NCBI GenBank assembly: GCA_028023455.1
Contig: JAQFVV010000002.1
Span: forward strand, 14,260,001 to 14,324,000
Direction of reading: 5' to 3'
Source of the DNA: Epiperipatus broadwayi
Lineage: Eukaryota; Animalia; Onychophora
DNA: 64,000 nucleotides
Made by a program: the position numbers and the translations under genes. A model generated the notes under the pieces. The model saw only the letters and a program-made list of their open reading frames with translations, was not told the origin of the DNA and made no database searches. Shown piece by piece: positions 41,651-53,345 of the stretch; position 1 is the first letter of the stretch; each line of letters begins with the position of its first letter.

Positions 41651-42012
41651 AAATCAAATTATCAAGTAATATCAAACAGTCTTCTTTTGCTGAGGTCTGT
41701 AATTAGTTTTATTATTTAAATTTTGTTTGCAAATATTATGTTTAAAAAAAAAATGTTAGAACTCCTGTAGTAATAGTTTTATGAGGCTATTTTTATTAAA
41801 ATGTGGAGGGTTTACTGATGATTGAGTTTTAGTTTAATATTATTTGGAGAACTGCTTTACAGTGACTAGATTAATGTAGAATATCTGTTTAATGATACTT
41901 TAGATGTAAATATAGTATTTTAAAATTATTTTAGCAAAAACTTTTATTTAAATTTGCAAATAAAGAACTGTTTATGATTTATTTATATATATACTGATGA
42001 ACTGGATACTTT

Positions 42013-42094
42013 TATATATGTCAAAGCGGGAAGTGAACCTGGGCCAGCTGCTTGGAAGGCAGCTATGCTAACCGCTAGACCACCAACGCTTGAC
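42013..42094 (-). mobile_element. tRNA-Gly(TCC)-derived short SINE/retrocopy, copy 2
   Basis: Minus strand gtcaa-GCGTTGGTGGTCTAGCGGTTAGCATAGCTGCCTTCCAAGCAGCTGGCCCAGGTTCACTTCCCGC-tttgacat; 3' acceptor strand partly deleted; 13-bp TSD aactg(g/a)atacttt at 42000-42012 and 42095-42107. Confidence 0.85.
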
Positions 42095-42142
42095 AACTGA
42101 ATACTTTAATAGAAGATAGATAGACATTTTCTAATCTATATA

Positions 42143-43091
42143 CACCTGGGTCTCGTTTTACGCGGATTTATTTAACGCGATTTTGAAGTTACGCGATTCA
42201 TGTTTCTTCGGAAGTCAAACTCCGATAATGCGCTATTACTTAAATAATAAATTTTGCGCACTTACGTCATATTGAAAGTAATAGCACATTATTGGAATTC
42301 AACTTTCATCTTAGTAATTTCAATATTTTCAGTGCTTTATAATAGTAAGATTTTATGCAATAATGAAATTAAAATCATGATTTCCACATTTTATGTATAC
42401 CCACATTAAATTTTACAAGATTATAATGTAAATTTGTTCAAACATTGTGCGTGTTAATTTTGCATTTTAAATCACATTCTGTTTTTGCTTTTTAAAAAAG
42501 AACGTAATCAATTATTAATCATTTAGTGTCTGCAAGTTTATTTTTAAAAGGTGAGTAATAGCAGTGGGCACAATTAAAATTGAAAATGAAAGACAAAAAT
42601 AAGAATTTAATTTTTAGTTGTTAGATTAATTACTAATTACGTTGTCACCAGAAAACCATTAACACAACATGAGAGTGAAGTTGGTGCTAGTTGTATTTCC
42701 TCTTGTGAAGAATCTGATTTTTTACCAGTTTGCAAACGAACCTGTTTATCGGCAAATAGCGATAATAATTAAAACGTGTATAAAAAAATGTAAATTATGC
42801 ATAAAAATATATTGTTTTGAATAAAATTAAATATTAGTTTAAAAAAAGTTTGTCTTGTATCAATTTTTTTCAAATTTGAAATTTTTTATTAGTCATATTT
42901 TATTTCCTTATTTTTTTTTTTGCGCAAATTTTAAAGTAATTTTACGTTGGTGCTTTGCTTTTATGCGATTTTTGAAAAATCACAGTCCATATCCCCCCTT
43001 TTTCAAGATAAGTTACGTCTATTTTTGTGCGATTTCTTTTTGCGCGTGTTTTCTGAGGAACCTATCTATCGCGTAAAACAAGACCCAGGTG
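42143..43091. mobile_element. Tc1/mariner (pogo/Tigger-type) non-autonomous element, copy 2
   Basis: TA TSD on both sides; TIR cacctgggtct(c/t)gttttacgcg; paralogue of 18301-19395. Confidence 0.92.
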
Positions 43092-43117
43092 TATATAGAA
43101 ATAATTGCACAATTATA

Positions 43118-43605
43118 TATATAAACTTTAAATTAAACATAGCTCAATTATATGTAAACAAAGGGAGTAAATCACTGTTCCCCAGGCTATGACTTAAAAG
43201 CACTCTTAAGTGTTGAACAAACGAATCAGTGAATTACCAGTAATGTTGATAAAAGTATGCTTACAAATATCGGAGCAGCTAAGAATAGGTGGATTCATTC
43301 TATTCTTGATTTCTTTGTTCAACATTTAGAGTGCTTTTAAATCAAAGCCTGGGGAAAACTGATTCACTCCCTTTGTTTACCTATACATTAAGCTATATTT
43401 AATTTAAAGTTTATATATTAAATCTGGTTTAATAACTCTTAAATACCATATACTACCATCTGGTTGATAAATTAATTTCACTCTGAGTATCAGAGCAGCT
43501 AAGAATAGTTGGATTCATTCTATTCTTGGTTCCTTTGTTCAACATTTAGAGTGCTTTTAAGTCATAGCCTGGGGAAATGTGATTTACTCCCTTTGTTTAT
43601 ATATA
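43118..43605. repeat. Fold-back plus tandem repeat (inverted arms 43118-43221 / 43314-43417; direct repeat at ~220-bp period)
   Basis: aaacaaagggagtaaatca...ttgaacaaa vs tttgttcaa...ctccctttgttt; the gagcagctaagaata unit is at 43273 and 43493. Confidence 0.85.
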
Positions 43606-44647
43606 TTAAAATGATAGTGAGAGACCATAGAAATTTAACTATTTATAAACTTATTTTAAGATTATTTCTAAATTGGCCTCAAATCAATGAAGTTTATTAT
43701 ATATATATTCAGTATTTAACAAAGTACTTGATGATTTTTAGTTTCTATTTCATTGCAGAATCTATCAATATAGAAGTTTATAATTTGTTAACAAAATTAT
43801 GTAGTTTTACATTGAATACATGTTTTATAATATTTTGATAATCACATTCTAATCCAAAAGTTTCTAATAAAATATTAATATTTAAATACAAGTATATTGT
43901 CTATACTGAAATTAATGTTATTTAAAAGGGATTTGAACTCACACTTTCAAGCTCCCTTCGGTCATCCACTCTATCTTATATATACATGAGGACATGTGAA
44001 AAAGATAAATGATCTCCAATATATGTATTTCTTGCTGATTTATATATATAATCAGTGCTCAGTTTATATTAAGATAGCAAATCTATAAACTTTAATGGAC
44101 ACGCTTCAATTATCTCCAATTCTTCAGCCATTCATATTATCATTGAAAATCTGATGTTGGAATGTTCAAAATCCTTATTGATGCCCTATAGTATTGTCAT
44201 ACTGATGTTGACCTTAAGTCACTCTGATCCCTCATTTGTAGGACCTTAATATGTCCATTTAAATACACAGAAGAGAGATGGGCTTACAGGCTTAATATGT
44301 AATGTTTAAATACTAGTAGAGTGTATATATATATACTTAAGCTAGATATAATTAAAGGGGTTTGAACACAGATTTTCAAGCCCCCTCTCTATTTTATATA
44401 TCTTGATATATATAACCGCATACATATGAAAAAGAAAAATATCCGAGCCCTCACTAGTTGGTCCTGATTATCATCTCTTGCACACACATTTAAGCAGTGC
44501 TCATTTTATATTAAGAAACTTTAATGGACAGACTTCAATCCTCTCCACTTTACAACTCTTCAGCCATCCATATCATTGAAAATCTGATGATGGAATTCTC
44601 AAAGCCATTGTTGATGCCTATCTTATTGTCATCCATGTTGACTTTAA

Positions 44648-46400
44648 CTAGTTTAGTGTCATGTACCATATTGAATTTTTTAAAAAACTGACGGACACAA
44701 TTACTTCAGTTTTAATAATGTTAGAGCAAAAAAATTTACATTGATAGAAACTAGAAAAACTAAGGAAAATAATAAGCATAAGGTAAAATAGTGATAACTG
44801 TATAAAAAATAAGGAAAAAAGGAAATTTTCACATCCGAAAAAATTATTTTATTTCATAATTTGGAATTTATCATTAAATAAAATTCAAATTACATCTTCA
44901 GTCATAATTTCTTTGTATTCCTCGCAAAATTATACTTGAAAACATACATAATATGTCTTACCTGAGATAATCCATAACTTGCAGTAATAGAAAGAGAAGA
45001 ATTCATTTTTTTCTTGCACCCCACAGTTGAAAATGTTCAAGGGGTCTGGACGAAAAAACGTTCTCCCTAATAAAAGATAAAAAAAAAAATTAGAATTCTA
45101 TCAGAATGTAAAAATAATAAAACGTGTAGATATTATTACTTATCTCTATAAATTATTTTGATTTTAGACTTTGGATAAACCAACCTTGTTCATAACATCA
45201 TCATACTGAATAATCATTGTCAATACAGAAAACAATTTACAAAAAGGTTCTAAAGGCACATATTTATATATATAAAAATTTTTATATTCTACCTCTTTCA
45301 GGATATGTCTTCCAGAGAAGCATACCTGTTCATATTATCTAATATAAATATTCAAAATATTAAATAATTCATATTATTCAATATTATTATTAATAAAAGA
45401 TAAATCATTCCAGATCTTGTTTTACCAATTGGCAAAAGTAATCTGTAAAACAAAAACAATAAAAACTAAGTTAGTAAAACAAAAATAATAAAAACTAAGT
45501 TTGTAAAACAAAAACACTAAAAACTGCAATCTCTCTGTGCATCTGGTATGCAGGTTTGAAATTAACATTGCATTTTTCTATAGTAGGTCAAATTTTGCAC
45601 TTTTTTTGTTCGGAATTTTTTTATTATATTGGCAAAATATGGGATTCTAATAATAGGATCATTACTTCAAATGTCCTTCAATCGGAATACAGAGACCTTA
45701 TATGAAATTCCCAATGTCATCCAAAAAAGGCAGACAATTCCCGTTCTGTCACATTTTTCCAATCACGCATACATTTGTCCTTAGTGGCATATTTCTTTGT
45801 TTTTTCAATAATTTTTACACACATAACATATAAAAGAAATATAAGAATACTCACCCACAGTCGAAAACTTCAAACCTGTCTTGTAGTAACATTTGAAGGC
45901 ATATTAGAAGCACTATTTGATGGGCCTGCTCTACTGCTATTGTCTGGAACAACATTTGTATTTTTTCTTTGCCTTTTCGCTGATAAAGTGGTTGCTTCTT
46001 CTTTGGATGATGATGTGAAGTATTCCTGTAGATCGTTGTATGTAATACTGTCATCGGAATCAAATGGTTTAGGAATTTCAAATTCATTGAGGTTGAAAGA
46101 ATCCGTTTCTGAATCCATAGCTGCCGATTAATTTCTTTGCGTCGTTTTGTTTCCATGTAATCTAAAAAACAAAAAATTAATAAAAATAATTGACCTTCCT
46201 CGGAAAAAAATTAATAAAAACTTTATTTTTTGTCGTAGAAAAAAATGGTGACTACCTACAGAAAGTACGAAAAAAGACGCAGAGATTTGTGGTATTCACG
46301 CATGCATAGTCCTCTTAGTTTTTCTCTAATTTCGAAAAGAAAACCGAACTTCAATGAATAACAACGACACGTAGATGGTCCGCCCAAAACACCGAAGCAG
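44648..46400 (-). mobile_element. Internally deleted piggyBac-like element, 1753 bp
   Basis: TTAA at 44644-44647 and 46401-46404; empty site gttgac(c/t)TTAAgtcact seen in the upstream unit; degenerate 13-bp TIRs; minus strand acidic N-terminus, KIIEKTKKYA, WKNVTERELSAFFG, NDPIIRIPYF, NFKPAYQMHREIAV. Confidence 0.88.
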
Positions 46401-46727
46401 TTAAGTCACTGACTCCTCACAAGCTGAATATGTAATTTAAATACTAGTTTATTGTCTATACTGAACTTAATGTAATGTAGAAGGGATTTGAACTCAGATA
46501 GACAATATATTTCTATTTAATTATTACATATTCAGCCTGGTATTCTTCCCATTTCTCTGTAATTAAATGATCATACTAAGTTCTATATGTGAGGGGTCAG
46601 AGTGACTTAGTCAACATGAGTATAACAACAGTATTGGGATCAACAAGGGCTTTGAGTGTTTTATCATCAGACTGCCTGTCCATTAAAGTATGAAAATTTG
46701 TTATCTTAATATAAACTATTTGTGGGC

Positions 46728-46791
46728 AATGATAATTTGGACCAACTGATGAATACTGGTTCAGCACGAAATATGTATATTGGAGGTCATT
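46728..46791 (+). ncRNA. Decayed type I hammerhead ribozyme motif
   Basis: CCAA-CTGATGA-ATACTG(gtt)CAGCAC-GAAATA(tg)TATA-TTGG, extended by AATGA/TCATT; stem II has two mismatches. Confidence 0.6.
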
Positions 46792-49700
46792 TATCTTCTT
46801 CACTTGTATGTGGTCATGTGTATTGGTTGTATGAGATAGAACGGATGGCTGTGGGGAGCTTGAAAGTGAGATCAAGTCCCTTCTAAATTAATAAAATATT
46901 AATACCTATACTTAATTTTGCTATACAGCTGATAAATATTTATACTTATAATGTTATATTTAAATTTTTCATTTGTCATTATAATGAAATACTTCAAATC
47001 TACTTATAATTTATGGTACTGTTTTTAAAGAGCAATTTTATGCAAAAGTAATTTTTATTCATTTCCAATGTAAGAAAAAAAATTTTATTTTAGTTTTTTC
47101 TTGTTTCATTAATATTTACAAGTATTTAGCAAATATAGCTTGAGAAAAGCTTACCATAAAGCAAAGACCACATTCCACTATATCCCCAATAATGTCATTT
47201 ATTTTTATATATCCAATGAAGAAATTCTTTAATTTGTTAGATAATTTATTCTTGCTATATGGTCAAATCGTCACTTAATTTAATTATGTTAGCCTTACAA
47301 TAACATAAGGAATACCAACTAGAGTTCATATATTCTTCTCTCGTGTTATAAAATTCAACTATTTTTAATATAGTTTTATATATTGCAATTTGTTATCCCT
47401 GTATCTTTTTTTTTTAATTCATGTCCCAAACAGTATAAAATAGAATAATTAATTTATCAAATTAATTTTCTGATATTTATTTTGTTTATTTATTATTTTT
47501 AGCTGATGCTGCCCATAGTTATTTACTGCAAATATTTTTTTTCTCTATTTTTTTAGATAGTTTCATTTAATTTACATATTTTGATTACAATTAAGTAGAT
47601 TTTTAGAACAAGATAATGTAAATAATCACCGTATTATTTTAATCCAATGTATTAAAGATAGTAGCAAATTATGTGTTCAGCCCCCTTAACTGTAAGAAGT
47701 TTTCTCCCTTCTCAATGATGGAGATTGTTTCATATTTTAAACTTTATATATATATTTAGTGCATCAACACTCATTTGATTAATTTAGATTAATCTAGAAT
47801 ATACTTTATTTTTCAGCTTGTCATTATTTTGATTCCATTAGATTTACAATAACAAATAACAATTTGGATTTTATGTATTTTTCTCTCATTCTATCTCATT
47901 TGATTATTCTTAATATTGTTTTATTTACTGATAATAGACTGATTATTTGTTGCCTATCCAAAAAAGTCTTGAACTGTCTTAATTATCTTAAAAGAAAAGA
48001 AAAATCTCTCAGCTTTCATACTTTGTACATGGCAAGTTATTGTACTAACAATTCCACACAATGTGCTATGAACTTTAAATACCTGAAAATAATTTTGTAG
48101 AAATTATTATCATACTTAACCTATCTGTCTTATTACATAGAATCCTAATCTAACAAATGATTTTTATTTATTATTTTACATATATATTAATTTGTTACCA
48201 TTATGCTTTTTAAATTTTGTTACTAATTTAGCAACATGTAAATTTAGTGTTTGTAATCTTACTAAAGAATATTCATTGCCATCATATTTATACTGGATTA
48301 ATTATGATGCGAAAACATTATCATTAAATTTAAACTCATTAGTAATTATTCAATTATATTTTCAATTTTTAAATATATATAGAAAAGAATTATGACAGAT
48401 TTAACACTATAAAGTTATGTGATGATTCTATTTTATATGTATTACCAACCTTTTTTGCCAAATGGTTAAAAGTATTTATAATTTGATAAGCATTAATATA
48501 TATATATATACTTTGGCCTATATTCAAAACATTACATTATTTGAAATTTCAAGTCATTAGCTTGAATAGTTTAAGAGATTAAATGCATTTACTGAATGAA
48601 TAAGTGCAATCCAATTTTTTCATTGACAAAGCATATTTAAATAAATGACTTGTAAGTTGAGTGAAAGTGATTTATTGTTGCTAGTTCAGATATTTATTTT
48701 TTAACAATATTAAAATTATAATAAATGTAATTTTAAGTTTAGCAATTTAAAATTACTAATTATTAAAATTATTTCTGAAGATAATCATGTGTAATTTGGG
48801 AAATAAATAATATATATATATTTGATTATTGCATTAATTGTTGCTGGGAATTTTTTAGCAAATGTTAGGACCTATCTTAGATTTTTTTAAAAGCAGCATT
48901 AAATGAATATTCAACTACTGTTTTTTAAAAAACTAAAAAGTGATTAATTATAAAAATATATAAACAAAAATATATTTAATTCTTAATAAGCACATGCAAG
49001 CAGATTTAATTCTTTTTTTAAAAAATGTTAATATGTTAAAAAAGATAAATAAGAGTTGGAGTATTTTTTTACATTTAAGTTTATATAAATAATGTTTTTA
49101 ACTTTAGTATAATGTATAGTGATTTTTTTTTTTTAGGAAAAGTTGAATTTTAAGTCTGATTATAAATAATTAAAATGCATGGACAAATTAAAGATCCTAT
49201 GGAAATTACTCAACACAAGTTTATCTGCTATATAAGGAATATACTTTCAAACTCTAGAAGAAAAAAAAAATTTTTTTTTAAAAATAAAGCAATTTTTAAA
49301 TTTGACAGTTCAATTTGTTCTGTTTCTGATCAAATAAATACTAATTTGTTTTGAGAAAAGATAAGTTTGAGAAAATTGTCTACATTCTTCTTTCAATTAT
49401 AATCTTAGCTTGAACTGATTGTAAATTGATATGGTTTGGAATAAATCCATCTTTCTCTGCCCAATTGAATGATTATTGCCCCTTGGTATGGACTTTTTAC
49501 TAAAACCTAAAAGAAGTAATTATTATCTTGTTAGTTTTTATAAACAAGCAAAAAAAGATAACAGTATTATTGATTTAATGTATTTGACTTTAAAATACTA
49601 CTATCAATTTTCATGACATCAACTGTAATTTTGAAGTGAATTTCATGCTTAAATGACAAATTATGAACTAAAAAAAATACTTCTATTATATACCTAGTTA

Positions 49701-49855
49701 ATTTGCATTTATTCACATTTTAAGTATTTATATTAAACCATAAATTAAAATTGTTAATTATATTGGTTGACTACTATTTTTTTATCAATATATTATTTTT
49801 TATGTTTTAGCATAATATTAGATATTTTAAAATGGTATTATTTTTTTTTTTGCAG

Positions 49856-50107
49856 ATGAGGGATCACCAGTTCCAACTATGTCTCCAGTTCCATCTCCAC
49901 GTTCTAGCAATACATCATCACCTGTTGGAGTAAATTCTCAGGAGCAAACTATAAAACCAATTGGTGAGGACAGAAAGCTGCCCCGACCAATTGGTACTGA
50001 ACGTGCTCATCGAAAAGCACCTGTTTACAATGCTTTGTCAGATACTAGTGGAATTTGGTCTTATGGGTCTTTACAAGGAGCAATTCCATGTTTCATTAGA
50101 GATAAAA
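49856..50107 (+). CDS. mask: Internal coding exon of an ankyrin repeat and KH domain protein (mask/ANKHD1/ANKRD17-like), C-terminal low-complexity region
   Basis: Polypyrimidine tract + TGCAG acceptor ending at 49855, GTAATT donor at 50108, 252 bp, phase 1-1, open frame (D)EGSPVPTMSPVPSPR...EDRKLPRPIGTERAHRK...GIWSYG. The PIGTER motif is recalled from this family; orthology is not verified. Confidence 0.7.
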
Positions 50108-50214
50108 GTAATTTTTATATATATTATAGTTTTAATGGTTTTTTTTTTTACATAATAGTAATGAAATATAGCCTTTTTTGGCAATATTGATAAAATTAAA
50201 TCTTCATTATTTTA

Positions 50215-50660
50215 TAAAGCAGAGGTGGGCTGAATCAGGTAGGGAAAGAGTTATTTGTAATTTTGTCTAAAATGTTGCCATCTACCACATAATAATTCCA
50301 AATAATAGCAGAATCCTCATCAGCTATCATTGATATAACTTTGTAAATTGGAATTTTTTTATCCTCAATATATCAACAAACATGCTACATATTGTTAATA
50401 ATTCTTCTTTCACATTCAATATACATTAAGCTTTATAAAAATGCAAAGTTGAGGAATATCAAATATGTGGATATTCATGAAACTGCAAAGAAAATCAAAT
50501 GCAGTTAATTGTTCAACTAGATCAGAATTTATAATTACTGTATAATGCCTAACAGTTCTATGAGAAAATTATATTTCTTCAATTGTGGAAATAATTTATT
50601 TTTGTTCTTGAATGTATCAAATAATGAATCACTGGCTTCTAGAATTATTTTTGTCATTTC
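50215..50660 (-). mobile_element. hAT transposase fragment
   Basis: Minus strand ILEASDSLFDTFKNKNK, DIPQLCIFIK and IPIYKVISMIADED align by eye with the 15949-17812 transposase. Confidence 0.65.
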
Positions 50661-50676
50661 ACTGTGTATGAAAGAT

Positions 50677-50965
50677 GTATTTTTTCCGATGTAATTTTCA
50701 GGATGAATATTACTCCATTAACAATGAAAAACCCGAGAGAAAGACAAAAATAATTCAATTTACTTGATCAAAAAATTATCGTAATTTTTTTATTTTTTAT
50801 CATAGAAAAATAAAACTTACATTTTCTGAAACTAGAAAGAAAGATGGAAACAAAGGTGTAAAAAGCGCATGCATAGATTGCATAGATTTCCATTAATATT
50901 AAGCTTAAACCGAATGTTTATAATTTGAAAATTCTTGAGCGTCTTAGACAGTCATAAAAGGTAAT
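50677..50965. repeat. Transposon end fragment (piggyBac-like) shared with ~63466-63753
   Basis: ttttttccgatgtaa...cttacattttctgaaactag...aaaaagcgcatgc occurs in both places. Confidence 0.7.
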
Positions 50966-51979
50966 TAGTTAAATGTAATTGTAAGTGGCACTTCTGTAAA
51001 ATGTATAAGATTTACAAATTTTAATATTTTTTTTGTTGTTTTTTATTTATATTTTTTATTATTTATTTATACAGGATTATAACTAGTACTGCATTGCACT
51101 TAAATTGCGAATAAAATATGTATGGTTAAGTAAATTTGTGTTTGACATATGAGAATATTATAAAGTTCTTAGTATTCTTAAATTAAAAGTTTTTTAAATT
51201 AAATTAACTTTTTATTAGTTGATTGGATGCAAAATAGGTATAAATGTTTTATTAATTACATATAAAATATGCATTTATTAATCATCATATAAGTGAAACT
51301 ATGAACATTAAATTAAATATTAATAGAAAATACACCCACAAAATTCATTGGATCTCAGTTGGTTTTGGCAAACATTTATAAACTAAGACTGATACAATGT
51401 AACAAGCTCTTTATTTATTAAATAAATGATAAATTCAAATATCCAACATTTTTTTAGGCTTATTTGACAAAATTTATATGAAATTATGCTATAGAAAATT
51501 AAATATTAAAAAAAAGAAGTTATTATAATCCATAACATTACAGTTACTTTCTGACCTTTAATGGTGAATTTATTTCCCAAGATTTTGCATAACTCTGATT
51601 ATAAGCCCTTATTGCAATGATGTATTAAAACATGTTTTCAAAATGCTAGCACATTATAAACATTTTTATATATTATTCAAAAAGTATTTCTAATAGAATT
51701 TGCACTAGTGGATGATTGTAATTATTAATGAAATCATTAATGAAATTTATTTTAATTACAAATGCTAAAAAGATATGTATTATTTTTGTTTCTGTTAAGT
51801 GAATTATTTGATTTTGAGTGAATGATTCCGCCTTCCCCACGCATCTTTTTTTCAAACCATTAAATAGAATTATTATTTACCTCTTAAAGATATGATGTGT
51901 TTAGAATATTTAATGCAATTTCTAGAAATTTTGTGTCAGTTGTTTTATCTTCATTAGATTTATTGCTACTAATCGGTAA

Positions 51980-53345
51980 GCCAGCCCAGCCGCTTGGTGA
52001 CGTTGTTTCTTTGCTAAAAACTCAGAAATGTGCCATTTACACCGCCCAATATTTCTGTGTTTTTGCAGAGAAACTTACGGCCTATAGAACAGTCCTGTTC
52101 ATATTAACCACTGCAGGCGTATATGGCATTGCACACAAATATTACAGCCCGCTAATGTGCTTTGCGACACTATGCAACTACGCACACTTAATAGATCGCT
52201 ATCATGATATTTTGGTGTAGGGAATTCAAGTGGCCATAACTGTTTTAATATGCATTCGAATTAAAGATCTTACCCCCTAACTGATGTAGTATTTGATACT
52301 AATAATTGTGAGACTGTCACCGTGCTGCTCTACAAATTTTGGACAGTGAAAAAAAAATTGTGAAAGGTGATGGCCAAGCATCTTTTCCCAGAACTCGCGC
52401 AAAAAAGTCATGTAAATTACGAGAGAAGTGAGATGTCTGAGGTTGCACGTAGTTTTGGAAAGCTTGGTTTGATCAATGACAACAAATTAGTTGTCCACCT
52501 CCCCCCCCCCCCCAAAAAAAAAAAAAACATTAAAATAAGATCAAAACTTTTGACTTTTTCAACTTTCGTTTTTTTCTTTTCTAAAAAAAATACAGTGACT
52601 TTTTTTTTTTGGCTATACGGCGATGTTTGTTTCGCCTTTATTTATATACTGCTGATATACTTAAACTTTTTTTTTTTAAAAAACCAATTTTTATTGCCTT
52701 TTTTTGTAAAAATAAAAACAAACCAAAAATATCTTTTGTCTCAGTGGTGACAAATTATTTCTTCCCATCTTCCCCCAAAAAATTAAAATAAGATCAAAAC
52801 TTTTGACTTTTTCAACTTTTGTTTTCTTTTTTGTTTTTCAAATACAGTGACTGTATAGCGATTTTTTGGGGGGCTTTATTTGTATTACGCGTTGTCAAAA
52901 TTTTGCCATTTTTGAAAAGAATATATACAAATATTTGAATAAAATATTGTATCGTAAATTATTTACAAGAATGTATCAGTGTTATGAGATAGAGTGGAGA
53001 GTGGTGGATCATGTGAAAGTCTGTGCTCATATACCCTATATATTACAAATATTAATACAGGTATATAATAAGCCTGTATTTTAGTTATTACAAGAATGTC
53101 GAAATACTACCAAAAAAAAGGCATATCAAATGTCAAAATATTAGTAAAAAAGTCGAATCAAATGTCAAAATATTTTTAAAAAGGCGGAGAAAATGTAAAA
53201 ATATTTTAATAAAAGTCAGACAAATTGGGAAAATATTTTAATAAAAGTTGGAAAAAATGTAAAAATATTTTAAAAATAGTCGCCCCCGGATTGATATAAT
53301 GTGTTTTTAGCAGAGAAACAATGCCACTAAGTGGCTGACCTGGCC
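51980..53345. mobile_element. PIF/Harbinger-like non-autonomous element with internal tandem repeats
   Basis: ~43-bp imperfect TIRs (GCCAGCCCAGCCGCTTGGTGACGTTGTTTC / GGCCAGGTCAGCCACTTAGTGGCATTGTTTC); TAA on both flanks. Confidence 0.65.

Larger units (their letters stand above)
43860..46890. repeat. PLE-pLTR-like tandem units (~430-bp period) with a terminal inverted copy (~46590-46890), split by a piggyBac insertion
   Basis: aaatactag...aagggatttgaac at ~43885, ~44310 and ~46440; actttaatggac...gttgac units at ~44090 and ~44520 with a reverse complement at ~46600-46690. Confidence 0.8.

Noticed and set aside
42026-42089. Functional tRNA-Gly(TCC) gene
   Set aside because: The 3' acceptor strand is partly deleted, the T-loop is altered and it is flanked by a TSD; treated as a retrocopy.
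51897-52220. 107-aa ORF in CpG-rich sequence as a gene
   Set aside because: It crosses the TIR of the Harbinger-like element, has no recognisable motif and no supporting splice structure.
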